From Psammoneis japonica (lineage: Eukaryota): a stretch of 64,000 bases of DNA. Positions within the stretch are counted from its first letter, which is position 1. Each line of letters starts with the position of its first letter. Where the stretch lies: contig QPGO01000101.1 in assembly GCA_008632985.1 (NCBI GenBank), positions 62,001 through 126,000 of the forward strand. The letters are read 5' to 3'. Both the position numbers and the translations under genes were made by a program. Shown here piece by piece: positions 1 to 12,120 of this stretch. Under the pieces are notes generated by a model that was given only the letters and a program-made list of their open reading frames with translations, was not told where the DNA came from and did no database searches.

Positions 1-2064
1 GGGAAAAAAGTGGCACCAATGATTGATGATTGTTTTTGGTGTCCAATCTAAACTCAAACAGAAGAGACTGGAGTGGCTTTTTGCAGCCTGTGAACAGAAA
101 AACAAGTTGAGCTCTTCCAGAGTGGCGCGCCACACATTTTCCAGCTTTGAATGGAGTGGTGAATGTTCTGTTGCACCACCAAGAGAAATCTCAGTCAATG
201 TGAAACAGCTTGCACTTTCTGGCAGGTGTGGGTGGATGTGTCAACAAATTGAGTTGCCCTGGGGTTCATGATGCCTGCAAAAAAAAAAAACCATCACAGG
301 TCCCATTGTGCACTCCAACACCCCAGCCTTCTTTTGCACCAATTCAAGAACCCTTGGTGCATCAAACAGCTCTCCCAACTCATCCACCAACAAGACAAAC
401 CACAGGGGAAACCCCATCCAATTCACCAACAACCTTGATGCCTGCCCAGGATCCAACTTTGACACCAACAAATTTCTCCAACAGCCCAAACACTTGATCC
501 TGTGGCAAGAGCAACATTGAGCCCAACAAGTTTGCCAACCACATTGCAAACATTGAATCCTGTGTCACCTCCCATGCTGTCTGTGACTCAGGGACCAACA
601 CCCATCCCTTCAAACTCAACCATGCCCATGCCAAATTCAAACCCCTGCTTCATTTTAAACACCTTGTCCAACACAAAAAGAGCCTCACCTGTCCCAGCAA
701 GGCATCTCACTCTGGCACCAGCTGATGCACCAAAGAAGGCCCAAACACTGCCAGAAGTGAGTGACAATGACAAGAAAATTGAAGTGGCTTCAGAACTGGG
801 GTCCTTGGGTGCTGGCAGGAATGCCAAAACAACAATGAATGCAAATCTTCAATGTGTCAGAGTGGTGCTTGTGTGGCATGGTCTGCTTGCTTCCCAATCA
901 AGCACAAAACTGGCATGCTCTCTTTGACAAAGACAGAGCCAACAATCAACACTGTGTTTGATGCCTCTGCTTTTTTGACTCAAGCGGCCACCAAGCTTGG
1001 CACAATCAAGTTGACCAGACATGCAGCATGATGCAAAGCTGCACCATGTTCGCGGAGAAGATGGAGGTGCTCAATGTCTTTGTGGTGGATCTGTTTGAGT
1101 TGGACTTGTCATTTTGTGATTTTGGATGCCATGGAATTGATCGACTTTTGTGCTGTGACACAAAACGCACCCACGATTTAGGCTGCAAATGCTTCCCTGT
1201 TGGAACCTGTCTTCAAATCGTCCTCGTCATTCACAACTCAAGGCGGTGTGGTTGCGCAGGTCATGCCAATGAAAATGTTGCCACTGCAACAATGCATCCT
1301 GCCTCCTCTCTGGTGTTGGCACATGAGCTTTGTCATTCACTCTCTGAACCAGGCAATGAGTGCCATTGTGGGCGTGGCAATGACTCGGCCTCACGGGGAA
1401 GGCAAACAAGCCAAAAGGTTATGACAGAGTGAAATGCATCCCTGGTTGCACAAACAAGGCCTTTTTTGGTAAAGGCGATCCAAGCGGACTGCCCAACCGC
1501 TAAAGTGTGAAAGCTGTTTCTATTTAAAATGATTTGAGGGTCTTGTCACTAGCTTGTCAATTTTGTTTTGGCCAAAAGTTATCATCCAGCATGTGTCGAA
1601 TTGCACTGCTCTCCTAACACCCCGTAGAGTCTTTGGGACTACCCTTGGGTCTAAAGTCAACGACGCTCGTGTGTTGGCCCCGCAAGATTTGAGATTGCCG
1701 AGAGATAGACAAAAATCATGGCGGGCAATTCAAATCCCGCGTCTTGGAGGGAATCCTTGCCACGCACCACGGCGAGTTGAAAGCCACCGTTTGTCGCGGC
1801 AAATGAAATGATCCAAGCCAGAGCTTCTCCGTCTGACGACGCTTGGCAAAAGGAAAGATAACACTAGTTGGAGAGATTTGATAAGGTTAGGAAAAAATAC
1901 AGCCCGCGTAACTCAAACGATTTCTCAAAACTGTTGCACGACGAAAGTGTTTGGAGCAGCAGAGCACGCGAAGAAGGCGTCTTGCCGAGGGAAATGCGTT
2001 GTAGGATACAAGAAACTTGAAGAACACCTCACGAAATACTGCATGGATAGTTTCCAAACGTGGC

Positions 2065-3981
2065 TCACAGTTCATCACTCTTTGCCGTGACACTTTCAAG
2101 CATCTCCTTAGCTTGCAATGGAGTATAGCCATATTTCTTCATGTTGCCACTCAACGTTTCCCAACTTGGAGAGTATCGATCATAACAGCAAAACGGAGAC
2201 ACCTTGTCCAAGTGGTCAGAGCAACCTTCACTCATATGAAATGCATCCATGGTTGAATTCCAGATAGGTATTTTCACGGATCTCTGCTCCCTCTCCTCGG
2301 CCGTGAAGTTGATCTGTGCTCGAAGAGTGCATTCGGAGACGAGACAGTTACACATATAAAGAGTCCAAACCTCACCGTCACCTGTCCTGATAGATAAAAG
2401 ACGGGTCCAAGTTTCGTCGTTTGTCTTTAAACCCGGTGAAAAGCGCAGCACTCTACTCCCCGGAAAAGCGCCGTCAAGTTCATAATGTAAAACAGATTCG
2501 GTTGCCGTCATCTCTGTGTCTTTCCTCTCCACGTATCCAAAGAAGCGTAGTATACCGCCCACTACCATTTTCATGGTCCAGTCGGAAAGTGGAGTCCCCG
2601 TTACATCTCCATTGTTGGGTAGCCAGTCTCCTCTATTAATCTTGGTACAGATGGCGACCTTCCATGGAAACAACATCGACAAGGTAGTGGCACCTGTTAC
2701 TCTGTAGCTTTCAATCTGGGTGTGAAAGTCATATCGAGGAGCCAAGACCTCTCCGATCATCTCGAATGCTTTGCCCCTGACCCAGTCAACATTTACAATT
2801 GAGGGGTTCTGATGAGTTGTGTAAAAGGCAAGGTGGAAGGAAACGTCGTTGTTTCGGATTAAAGTGGCATTAAAGTGGTTGGCGACCGTTCCAAGACTTT
2901 CGTGCTCTTCAAAAAACACCTTGGGAGATGAGATCCAGGTTGGTGCAATGTCGTTTATTCTTCGAAGGACCTTCAAATCGTACATTAACAAATGATTCTC
3001 AAAAAACTGAGATACGTCAAAGAGCCACGGCAGCGATCGGCGGGTGAGTTCCTCTGGCTTCTGCTGGGCTTGCCAGTTTCCATTATCGGTTCCATGAAAG
3101 ACTTCAACCCTTTTCATATCCGGCACAGATTCCCATAAGACTGTGTTCATAGCTAATATGTCCATTTGACGCTTGGGCATTTTCAATTCCAAGTCTTCAC
3201 TGGGGCATGGCGCGTTTCCCTCTTCGTCATAATTGACTTCGAGAGACTCGCCTCTTTGACGATACTCTTGAGCAAGCGCCAAATCCATGGCCATTTTTCG
3301 AATCATCGTCTCCGTCGAAACAAACAAGTCGTGCTCTCGAGGGAGCTGGTGAACGTCGCAAGCCGCAACCACGAGGTAGTCAATGGGAAATCCAATGGAT
3401 TCCAGGTGCGCCGCAAACTTCTCACCGATATACCTCGACATTCCGTTTCCTGCATACCCATTGGTGAAAAACAAATGCGCACCTGCAGAAGTCTCTTTGG
3501 TAACATTTTGGACAACCCTGTCGACGCCCAATCCCCGCGCAATGTCTTGAGGAAAAAGAAACAAGGTATGGTACCTCGGCGACAAGTAGTCCTCAAAGGA
3601 ATGGCATGCAAAGAGAAGCTCGCGGTGCGATACTACGACGAGAATCCTTTCACTGTCAATGCTTGGGCCATGGATGGTCCAAGTATGCATCTGGTGAAGG
3701 ACATCGTTATAAGGCCGTTCCGTCTTGTCCAATAACGATCGTTTAATTTGCATGGTGTGCCGTTCTGCTTCTTCCTGATGATGGGCGGGGTGGATCAAGA
3801 GAGCATTTTGGCCAATCATTGATGCATAACGGATGTTCCACATCCCACAATAGAGTAGCAAAAGTGAGAGAATGGCAAAGATGTGACTCTTTGCAGTTCG
3901 CATTGCCCTTCTGCCTCCATTTTGAAGCCGGGTACACAATACACTATGGTTCGAAGCAGCAGTCCTGTTTGTGGCATCCAT
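2065..3981 (-). CDS. Type II membrane protein, possibly GT-A fold (GT2-like) glycosyltransferase, ~638 aa
   Basis: Long uninterrupted ORF in a TpA-retaining island, with normal Tyr content. Start placed at the ATG at 3981 (MDATNR) rather than the non-ATG ORF start at 4212. Signal anchor HIFAILSLLLLYCGMW. Segments ILVVVSHRE, YLVVAACDV, FFENHLLM and FFEEHESL resemble GT2-type motifs (weak resemblance). The CDS is well supported; the function is tentative. Confidence 0.7.
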   Translation of the reverse strand: MDATNRTAASNHSVLCTRLQNGGRRAMRTAKSHIFAILSLLLLYCGMWNIRYASMIGQNALLIHPAHHQEEAERHTMQIKRSLLDKTERPYNDVLHQMHTWTIHGPSIDSERILVVVSHRELLFACHSFEDYLSPRYHTLFLFPQDIARGLGVDRVVQNVTKETSAGAHLFFTNGYAGNGMSRYIGEKFAAHLESIGFPIDYLVVAACDVHQLPREHDLFVSTETMIRKMAMDLALAQEYRQRGESLEVNYDEEGNAPCPSEDLELKMPKRQMDILAMNTVLWESVPDMKRVEVFHGTDNGNWQAQQKPEELTRRSLPWLFDVSQFFENHLLMYDLKVLRRINDIAPTWISSPKVFFEEHESLGTVANHFNATLIRNNDVSFHLAFYTTHQNPSIVNVDWVRGKAFEMIGEVLAPRYDFHTQIESYRVTGATTLSMLFPWKVAICTKINRGDWLPNNGDVTGTPLSDWTMKMVVGGILRFFGYVERKDTEMTATESVLHYELDGAFPGSRVLRFSPGLKTNDETWTRLLSIRTGDGEVWTLYMCNCLVSECTLRAQINFTAEEREQRSVKIPIWNSTMDAFHMSEGCSDHLDKVSPFCCYDRYSPSWETLSGNMKKYGYTPLQAKEMLESVTAKSDEL

Positions 3982-6900
3982 TTTTATTCCTGTTTTGATT
4001 GTGTGAGTCTTTGCCAGAGACTTATTGGAGAAGAAGCGAGGGCTCATTGATCGATCCGCGGTGCCAACAATAAGCCACTCAACGCAACTTTTCAACGGAC
4101 GGAAAATTTTCTGCTCACGTGTTTTTGGTCCCGCGCATGCATCTGTGACAAAACCACGTGGAGGTTCTACTTCACAAGCGGAAACCCACATGATTCCTTG
4201 AACATCAACCAAAATCGATGCAGCATCGATTGGTTTCTTTGGCTTGAACTGTTTATCTTTTACGAGATTGTGATGCTCTATGGTCCGGCAATGGCATCAC
4301 GGCAACACGGCATCGCACACACTGTGCTTTTTTTGCCCTGCGCCGATCTCTAACATATTGATTTTAATCAAAGACGCTTTTGATGATAAAGCAGCAGTGT
4401 TTTGGTGTGCCGCGGCATCATGCGCGGCCTTTGCGCATTGATTTCTCACATTTCCGTTGAAAAGATGCTTCAAAACCAAAACACTGCAACTGTCACCATG
4501 GCCTGCACCCGGCTGAGCTTCCAAATGATGGCTCAAGTGGGGCAAGCCAATTTCCAGTCAACAAGCTGAAAAATTTGTTCATTTGCGGGAGCTGATTCTC
4601 CTGGGCACACACACACACACGCGTGGGATCGCACTCAACGATTTCGGTGCTCATGGTGTGCGATTCGCTTTTCGTCTTGAGGATGGTCTTAAGTCGACTT
4701 TTTTAGCATGCTCAAGGAAGCAGTGAGGTGGCACGACCTCGAAAATGGGGGAGCTGTCAAATCAGCCACGCGTGCACACACACACACACACACATGCGCT
4801 CACAATGTGGTGAATGTGCTGCTGCAGCAGCTTGGGAGAATGTGCACGTTGCCATGCTGGTTTTGTAAGGAAATTTGCTGCTGCCAGCTCTGCTCTCTGC
4901 CTCATCCCAAAGCACATCAACAATGGCTGTGATGGTCGCAGGCTGGTGGTTCCCATGCTGGAGATTGCTGGTTGGCGTGTGCAGCGGTGGCTGTGGATGG
5001 TGCGTTGTTCTCAAGAAGAGAGGTGGCAGCTGAGCCATTGAGCAGCACAGGAGGGGCTGTGCCATCAAGAACCTGTCACAGCAATTTGTTTGACAAGGCG
5101 GTGGTGTGCAGGAACCCAAGCTTGGTGTGTGACAACACTGCTGTTGCTTGGCACAGAGGAGGAAAAGATTGTTTGTGTTTTGTCAGAGTTTTTTTTTTCT
5201 GGCTCCAATGGGCTCATCCAAAATGGGTTCTGCTGCCAAGTGGCTGGGGTGTGTGAGGTGCACAAACAATGGACCATGCAGCATTCCAGGAGCATCCCCC
5301 CCATCACAGTTTGCACTGTCCTTTGCTGCAAGGGCAGCACAATGTTTGCCATTTCTGTCCCTTGTTCTTGCTGCGCCAGTTGCCTGGTGGTGGTGGTGGT
5401 GGTTGGAATTTGGCATTCTGGGAGGCACATGACCCACTTTGCCAGCACCCTGCTTTTGTTGGCATCATTGGGTTGTTGTTTGAGTTTTTTTGTTTGGCCT
5501 GGCTTCTTCACACCAAAAGCAGCAGCAAAACAAAAACTCTGGGTTGTTCTTGGGTGTGTGCCACAGCACCCATGATGGAGCTCTGCACGTGAAATGTGGC
5601 ACACACATCATGATGATGAGGAGAAAGGAGTCATTGTGTTTCGCTGCCAGGCAGCAGTGGCTCTGCCCTTTTTTCCACTCTCATTCTTTTGCCCAGCACA
5701 CACACTTTGGGTGCAAAAAGCCTCATGTGTGGTGGGGCAGCACTGCACACCATGCTCTTGTCTGTGTGCAGTGTGGCACATGCTGCACATTTTCCTCATG
5801 TGTTGTGTGTGAGAGAACAGCAGCAGAAGAACAGACAGACAAACACCAAATGTGCACAAGCCACACACCACAAGAGGTGTCTCCTCAACATCATCATCTT
5901 TCATCTTTCTCCAAGGTGTGTGTCACCAACATTTCCATGCAGAGTCTTGCCGTCTTTTGGCACAAATGTTGGTGCACAAGATGCCCTCCTTTTTCTCTTC
6001 TTCTTTTCTTTGTGTGAAAACACACACAAGATTTTCTGCTGGGTGCCAGCCGGCACGCATGAAGGAGAGTCTTTTTGTGAAGAAAAATGTGCTGCTGTGC
6101 TGTGAGATTCTTGCTGTTCCAGTGTGGTGAGTCCAGCAAAGTTGAGCTGGCAGAGTGCTTTGCAGCATGTGTGGCAGGCTCACACATTGCACCAGCCACT
6201 TTGTGTGTGTGTGTGTGTGCGTGTGTGCATGTGTGTGTGTGAGCCCCCACTTGACTGGTGCTGGTGCAACTGAAATTGGTGGTGGCACGTTCAGAACCAA
6301 GTGCCAACCAAGCCCTTGGATTTGTGGGTGCAAATGAATCTGCAGATTGCATCAAGGCACCCAAGAAGCTCCTGGAGCCCCACTTGGTGACTTCTGGTGC
6401 TGCTGATGCCACAAGGGAGACATTGGCGCACAAGATTCAACGGGGGTCAATGCACGTTTGGGCCCACGAGAAAGTTTGCCACTGCATGAAACAGTCACCC
6501 ATTTTCCCACGACAGCACCCACCCTTTTCCCCTGCACACAATGCTGGTTTGGTGGCGCTTCTTTGCCATGAGTCATTTTGCATTTTCAACCAGCCCGGCT
6601 CCTTTGCCAGACTGGCGTGGATTCTTGCTCATCTTTGCTTGAATCTTCTTCTCCTTTTTTTCTTGTCCTGTCAATTGGTTTTGGCTTTTGTTTGTCTCTC
6701 TTCCTTGTCCTTGCTGGAAAGCTCCAGCGTGGCTTGTGTTCTCACCACCTTCTGTGCAGGTTGTTTGTTGGTCATCATTTCCTTGCCCTTTTTGTTGCTC
6801 TTCTTCTTCTTCTTCTTCTTCTTGTCATTGCTGCACCCTCCTGCATTGAACCACACCCAGCTCACTTGCCCTGCATGTTTTCACCTCCTTCGTCATCTCC

Positions 6901-8669
6901 CCGCCAGTCACACTGTCTTGTTGGGTCAGCACACTTGGGTGCCGGGGTGTCTTCCTCCTCCTCATTGCCTCTGTTGTCATTTCCCTCTCAAATTTTCTTT
7001 TCTTTCATGGCCTTGTGATCCCAAAGTTTCCAGCAGCTCTCCGGTGTCAACAGCTCCAGAGCCTTGTCATTTGCCACACATGGCTCTGCAGCTTTGGATG
7101 AGGATGCAGAACAGCCAGGGTTCAAGTGGATGTCATTGGCAGGTGTCAGCCACTGTCTGGTCTGTGCATGAGCCCACTGGAAGAAGGAGGTCATTCTCTG
7201 GATCAAAATCTTTGGGGAGATTGTTGCATGTGTTGGAGCGCCATTTGTTGCAAACAACTGTTTCTCTGAGGGTTGCAGTCATCTGTGGGAACAAACTTTT
7301 GGAGCCGTTCCTGCACCAGTTGGTTGACATTGAGACTGTGATGGTCGTCAAAAAGGGAGTGGGCAAGCAAGTCCCCCAACATGTCCAGCATTTGGGAACA
7401 GGCAACTTGGCACCCACAAATGATGTGTGTGTCTGGCTTTGGCACGCACACCCTCTTGCGGAGGCATTTTAGCAACTTTTTGTGCTGAAGAGCCTTGGAC
7501 ACATCGAACTTCTTTTTCTGGAGTGAGCAGTGAACTGCAAAATCCTCCAGTGGTGTCAGAACTGTCACACAGTGTGGCCAGCAGAAGAGAAGCTTCCTCT
7601 GCCAGCGCAAAGCTGCAACCAAGCAGAAGGGATGATGCTTCCTCCTCAGCATCATCAGCGGGTTTTGCTGGCGGATTTTTGGCACCCGCTGTGTTGAAGT
7701 CCGAGTTTGCAAAAGGCAAGTGAACTGAAAATCAACATGGTGTTGTCAATGTGTCCAAGGCTCACTGCTTGTTGTCTCACTCAACTTTCTTGCTGCAGGC
7801 CTGTTCCAGCCCCAGGTGATGAGAAATCCATCACGCAAGAGGCCGATTGTCTGTGCAGCTCAGTGCAATGAACTCCTTCAATTTTGATCTTTTTGAAAAT
7901 CCAAAGGTGAGTGTGTGCCAGAAAACACATGCAAAGTGCACAATCGCCCTTTGATTTGGCAAAAACCCGATTTTGAAGGAGTTTGATGCACCAAATGCAA
8001 AAATGGGCCAGCAATTGGAGTCGAACCTGTGTGCATCACCTGGAGATGGAACAGGCCCGACTCAGCCAATTCTCATTGTCTTTCCCAGCATGAGCACATC
8101 AACAAATCCAACGTCGTCGTCACATCATCTGACCCATTTGAGCAATGGCGTTGACCAGATGATTTTTTTAAAGACTTTGACAAAGGAGCTGCAATGCATT
8201 CAGCCAAGCATTCTTGAGTGGGAGAGAGTCAGGCAGATGTGAGCAAAAATGCACAATGGTGCTGGCACGTGGCTCGAGAAAGAAGCAGCCAAACAATGTC
8301 GACAAAAATTGAAAATGTTCTGATGCTGTCATTCTGTGAAATGACAAATGACAGTGAACAGAGCTTCTCCCTGGCTTGTGTGCACTCTAGATTGATCGCA
8401 AAAACACAAATGTCAAATCTGAAAATTGAAAACTGTGGCTTGTGAATGAGCACTCATGGATTGTTTCATCCACCAATGGCATGAAAGAGGTCAAACACAG
8501 TTGTCACGTGGTCAAAGCCAAATTAGAAAGCAGAGCATGGTGACAAAATTGGTTTGATGATGCCATCATCTGATCTTGGTGTCAAGAGCGGGTCAAGTTC
8601 ACCTCGTTGCACTGCAAGTCACGTGTCTTGAATCCCGTGTGACCCGCTCAACTCAATTTTTTTGGAAGT

Positions 8670-8860
8670 TTTAGCACTCTAGACTTTGACCCCAGCCAGA
8701 GCCACAAAATGCACAAGACATGAGCATTGTTGGTCTCATGCTCTTCAAACCAATGTCTTGCGAGAATGAAGTGGGTGTGCATTGTTTGTGGCATCTGGTG
8801 GTTCAAAACAGAGCTGACTTTTCGTGGAGCACCTTTGTCACATGGGCAAGTGCGAGAGTC
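8670..8860. repeat. Dispersed ~190-bp repeat, copy 1 (copy 2 at ~37390-37580)
   Basis: tagactttgaccccagccagagccacaaaatgcacaagacatgagcattgttgg...aatgtcttgcgagaatgaagtggg aligns with tagactttcaccccggcgagagccacaaaacacgcaagatgtgagcattgtcgg...aatgtcttgcaagaatggagtggg. Ends are approximate. Confidence 0.75.
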
Positions 8861-8959
8861 AATGTTCAGCGATTGGTTGGCCCCAGCAACTGGCGTTCAC
8901 CCCCATTCCAGCAGGCCCCCAAAAGTGTGCTGAACTTTGCGTCTGTGTGCTTTCAGTCA

Positions 8960-9170
8960 ATCAAGGTGGGTTTCCTTGAGTTTCATTTTGTCGAAGGCTC
9001 CCGCAACCCAGCTGACATCCTCAGCAAGCGTTGGGGCTGCTCCCAAGTCTGGAGCCTCCTTCATCCTCCAATGTTTTGGAGCTTTGATCCCAAGGCTTTC
9101 AACCAATCTGACCTTGAATCTGTCGCAGTTGACCCCTCAAGCAAACTGGGGAGTGACAGGATTTGAACAA
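8960..9170 (+). mobile_element. Ty1/Copia remnant: RNase H C-terminus, polypurine tract and probable start of 3' LTR
   Basis: Translates to FHFVEGSRNPADILSKRWGCSQVWSLL, matching the Copia NPADILTK/SK motif with WGY changed to WGC. It is followed by ggggag (9148-9153) and then TG (tgacagg, 9154). Confidence 0.75.
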
Positions 9171-9559
9171 AATTCCAGTTTGTCACACACAATTGTGTGT
9201 GCTCTCAGTTCCACGTGTGTCATGTGACACAGTTTGCTTTCAAGCCACACTGCTCACAAGAACAATGACAGCAGCACCAATGTCATGACACCAGTCTTTT
9301 GGCTCCTGCAACAGTCTCTGCACAGAAACCCATCTGCCATTTAGACAGCAGCAAGGAGTTGTTGTTTTCTTCCACCCAGTCATCTTCATTTTCTGTCATC
9401 TGGTGACAGAAAGTTCCTCCAGTTGGTGATCTGGATGAGGAGGGCAATCCACTCAGACATGGGAGCACATGGCAGGATCATCCAGGGAAGTTTTTTTGGC
9501 AAACTCGCGCCAGTTGTGTGCCAAATTTTCTGCAAGGCAAAAGTCAGCAGCAAAGTGGT

Positions 9560-12120
9560 GCAGAACATGCTCAACACTTGCAGCATTGTTGGTTGCACAA
9601 AGGTGCAGCACATGAGCAAGAACTTCATCAGAGGCAGCTCAACACTTGGATGGGTCACAAATCATTGATGGAGCACATCAGCACATCCAGCCAGGACATG
9701 CCATTGGGGTCTTGTGGCAGAGAGTCAAGAGCCAGGCTCTTCACAACATTGCCAGGGCAAGAGCCACAGCTGGCTGATTTTGCAGAAGAAGAAGAAGAAG
9801 GTTTCACCAGCTCACTGGTTCCCAACAAGGCAGGAATGTTGGAGGTGAGGGTGCGGCGTGCCTCCCTGGACAATGAAACATCACAAGATTCTGCCACGGG
9901 AGGTGCCAGGTGTTCGAAGGAGAGAGGGTCTTGGCCTTCTTGGTGGGGATGGTGCCATCTTCATGCTTCCTTCTGATTTTGTACTTGGTTCTTGACCGGT
10001 GCTTTTGTTCACACAATCATCTTCCAAGCAGTCAACCCGGGATGTGTGCCAGGCTGCTCCTTTTGACAATGCTTCCCAAACTCTTGCTCTCCAACAAGGA
10101 ATTGATTTTTGCTTTGTGCACATCCCAGCAAGCAATGGAGTCACCATCCTTTGTCACCAGGTCCTTCATGTTGTTGAGTTTGTCTCTGAGACAGGCCTTT
10201 GCACAACATCCTCTTTGGACCTGACTTGTCACTTGACTTGCATGTGACAAGAAAGCTGTTGACAAATGTGCTCCACTCCTTCTGCTGGGCAATGACCTTT
10301 TGAAAAATCTTCAAGAACCAACATCTTGTGTGTCACTCTGCTGGCACATCAGATGCACTGCATGACCATTTTGGTGACAAAGCAGGCACCATGAAGGTTG
10401 TGTGGTGCTTGGTCTTCAATCAAAGCAAGCAGACTGTCACACTTTTAAAAATGGAAACAACAAGGCTTGCCTGCAAAAGAGTTGTTGAGGGGTCCTTGCT
10501 GGTGATGATCTGGCGCACGCACTCAACCATTGCCTTGAAGTCATTGCAGCATTGGGGGTCATGACAAGAATGCTGCCTCTCATTCCTGTCTCACCAGGTG
10601 TTTTGCAGAGAAATCTCCAGAGCTTCCTCCATCAAGTTTTGGCAACAAAAGAACAAATTCACCTGTTTCATTTTAACAGGATCTCTTGATTGCCCCCAAA
10701 CCATGAGAGTCATGATGCAGGACCACATCACGTCAGGACTTTCAAGAGACATTTCCTTGCAATGATGTCAGTGCAGAGATGGCTTGTGTGCTGCATGGAA
10801 AACATGACAAAGCTTTGGCTCTCCTGGAGATGGTGTGCTCAAACCACTGCTTCTTGCAGAGGCATGCACCACAGTTGTGTTTTTGAGGTTGGGTTTCAAA
10901 AAACAACTCCTTGCCTGAGAGCCATCTGCAAAACATTCCATGTCATCACAAAATCAACATTTTCATCAGCGAGACAAGAATGAGAAATTGGCCTCATTTT
11001 GTTTTTTGTGGGCAGTGACATTGACCACCAGTTGTCAATTGGGGGAAACCACACAGAGCGCACGTGATTCACAACAAAAGTGCACACAAAATTGCTGTTG
11101 TGCATTTGGGGAGAGGGCGTGCTGTTGTGTGAATCATGCACAAGAGTGCACATGCAAAACAAAATGCTGAAAAGAGTCAGCAGGCCACCTTGCAGACATG
11201 AGAGAAACTGTGAACAGCTCAAAGAAAGAGTGTGCTCTGTGAGTGTGCGCACCATGATGGTGAAATGGATGGGCACAGACAGTGTGGACATCAACTGAGC
11301 CAAGCATTGTCAAACAAGAGCTTGACAAATTCCAAACAAAGCAAACATTTTGCCCGCAATTCAAGAAAGCTGTGTGGAAAAAAGATGAGCACAACACTGT
11401 TTGCACAAAAACACAAAAAAAACACAAGCGCACCAGCACATTTGGTGCCAACACACTGTTGCAGCCACATTGATCATCACACTCCAATGATTGGCACAAC
11501 ATCATCAACGAGTGCACAAAATGATGTTGCAAAGGAAAAAGCAGATAAAACCCTGCAATGATGTGCTGGCACAAAAGCACCATTGGCAGCAACAACAAGA
11601 CCCCTTGCTGTGCACAAGATTCTGGTGAACCAAGAATTTTTCTTGTGGAGAGCACTTGGCAGGTGGGTGTGTGGCCATGGCTCACACACATGGCACAGCA
11701 CTTGTGAGTGTGTTGATCGGCTGCTTTGGGACAGACTGCAGAGACATGCTGTGCACGCGCGCCTCATGTCAAGTGGTCACGATGCAAGACACGTGCCCCA
11801 AATGCGTGCACACATTGATGAATGAATGACCTTTGGTGCTCCTCCACCATCCTTGTTTCACAGCCACACAACACAACAACAGCTTGAGGAGTCATTGCTG
11901 TTGCAGCAACCATGTTGACAATGGAGCAACCTGATGATGATGATCTTGTCAATTGTGATGAGGAAGAGGCGAGCATTTGTTGTTGTGTGGCTGTGCATGT
12001 GCATGGAAACAATGTGACACAACATGTCATGACAACAACAACAATGTGGCATGCTTGCACACACTCTCTGCATGCTTTTCTCTCATGCATTTTCTGCAGA
12101 ACACTGTTGCTGCCATCATG
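9560..12120. repeat. Segmental duplication, copy A (direct copy of ~16450-19110)
   Basis: Colinear similarity over ~2.5 kb. Example: catccagccaggacatgcc.ttggggtcttgtggcagaga at ~9684 and ~16540. Similarity continues through the UAP56 promoter, exon 1 and intron 1. Confidence 0.9.
11912..12120 (+). pseudogene. Truncated, TpA/CpG-eroded copy of UAP56 exon 1, intron 1 and start of exon 2
   Basis: MLTMEQPDDDDLVNCDEEE versus intact [19 protein letters not shown]. Splice donor gtgagta changed to gcgagca. Homology ends near 12120. Confidence 0.9.
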
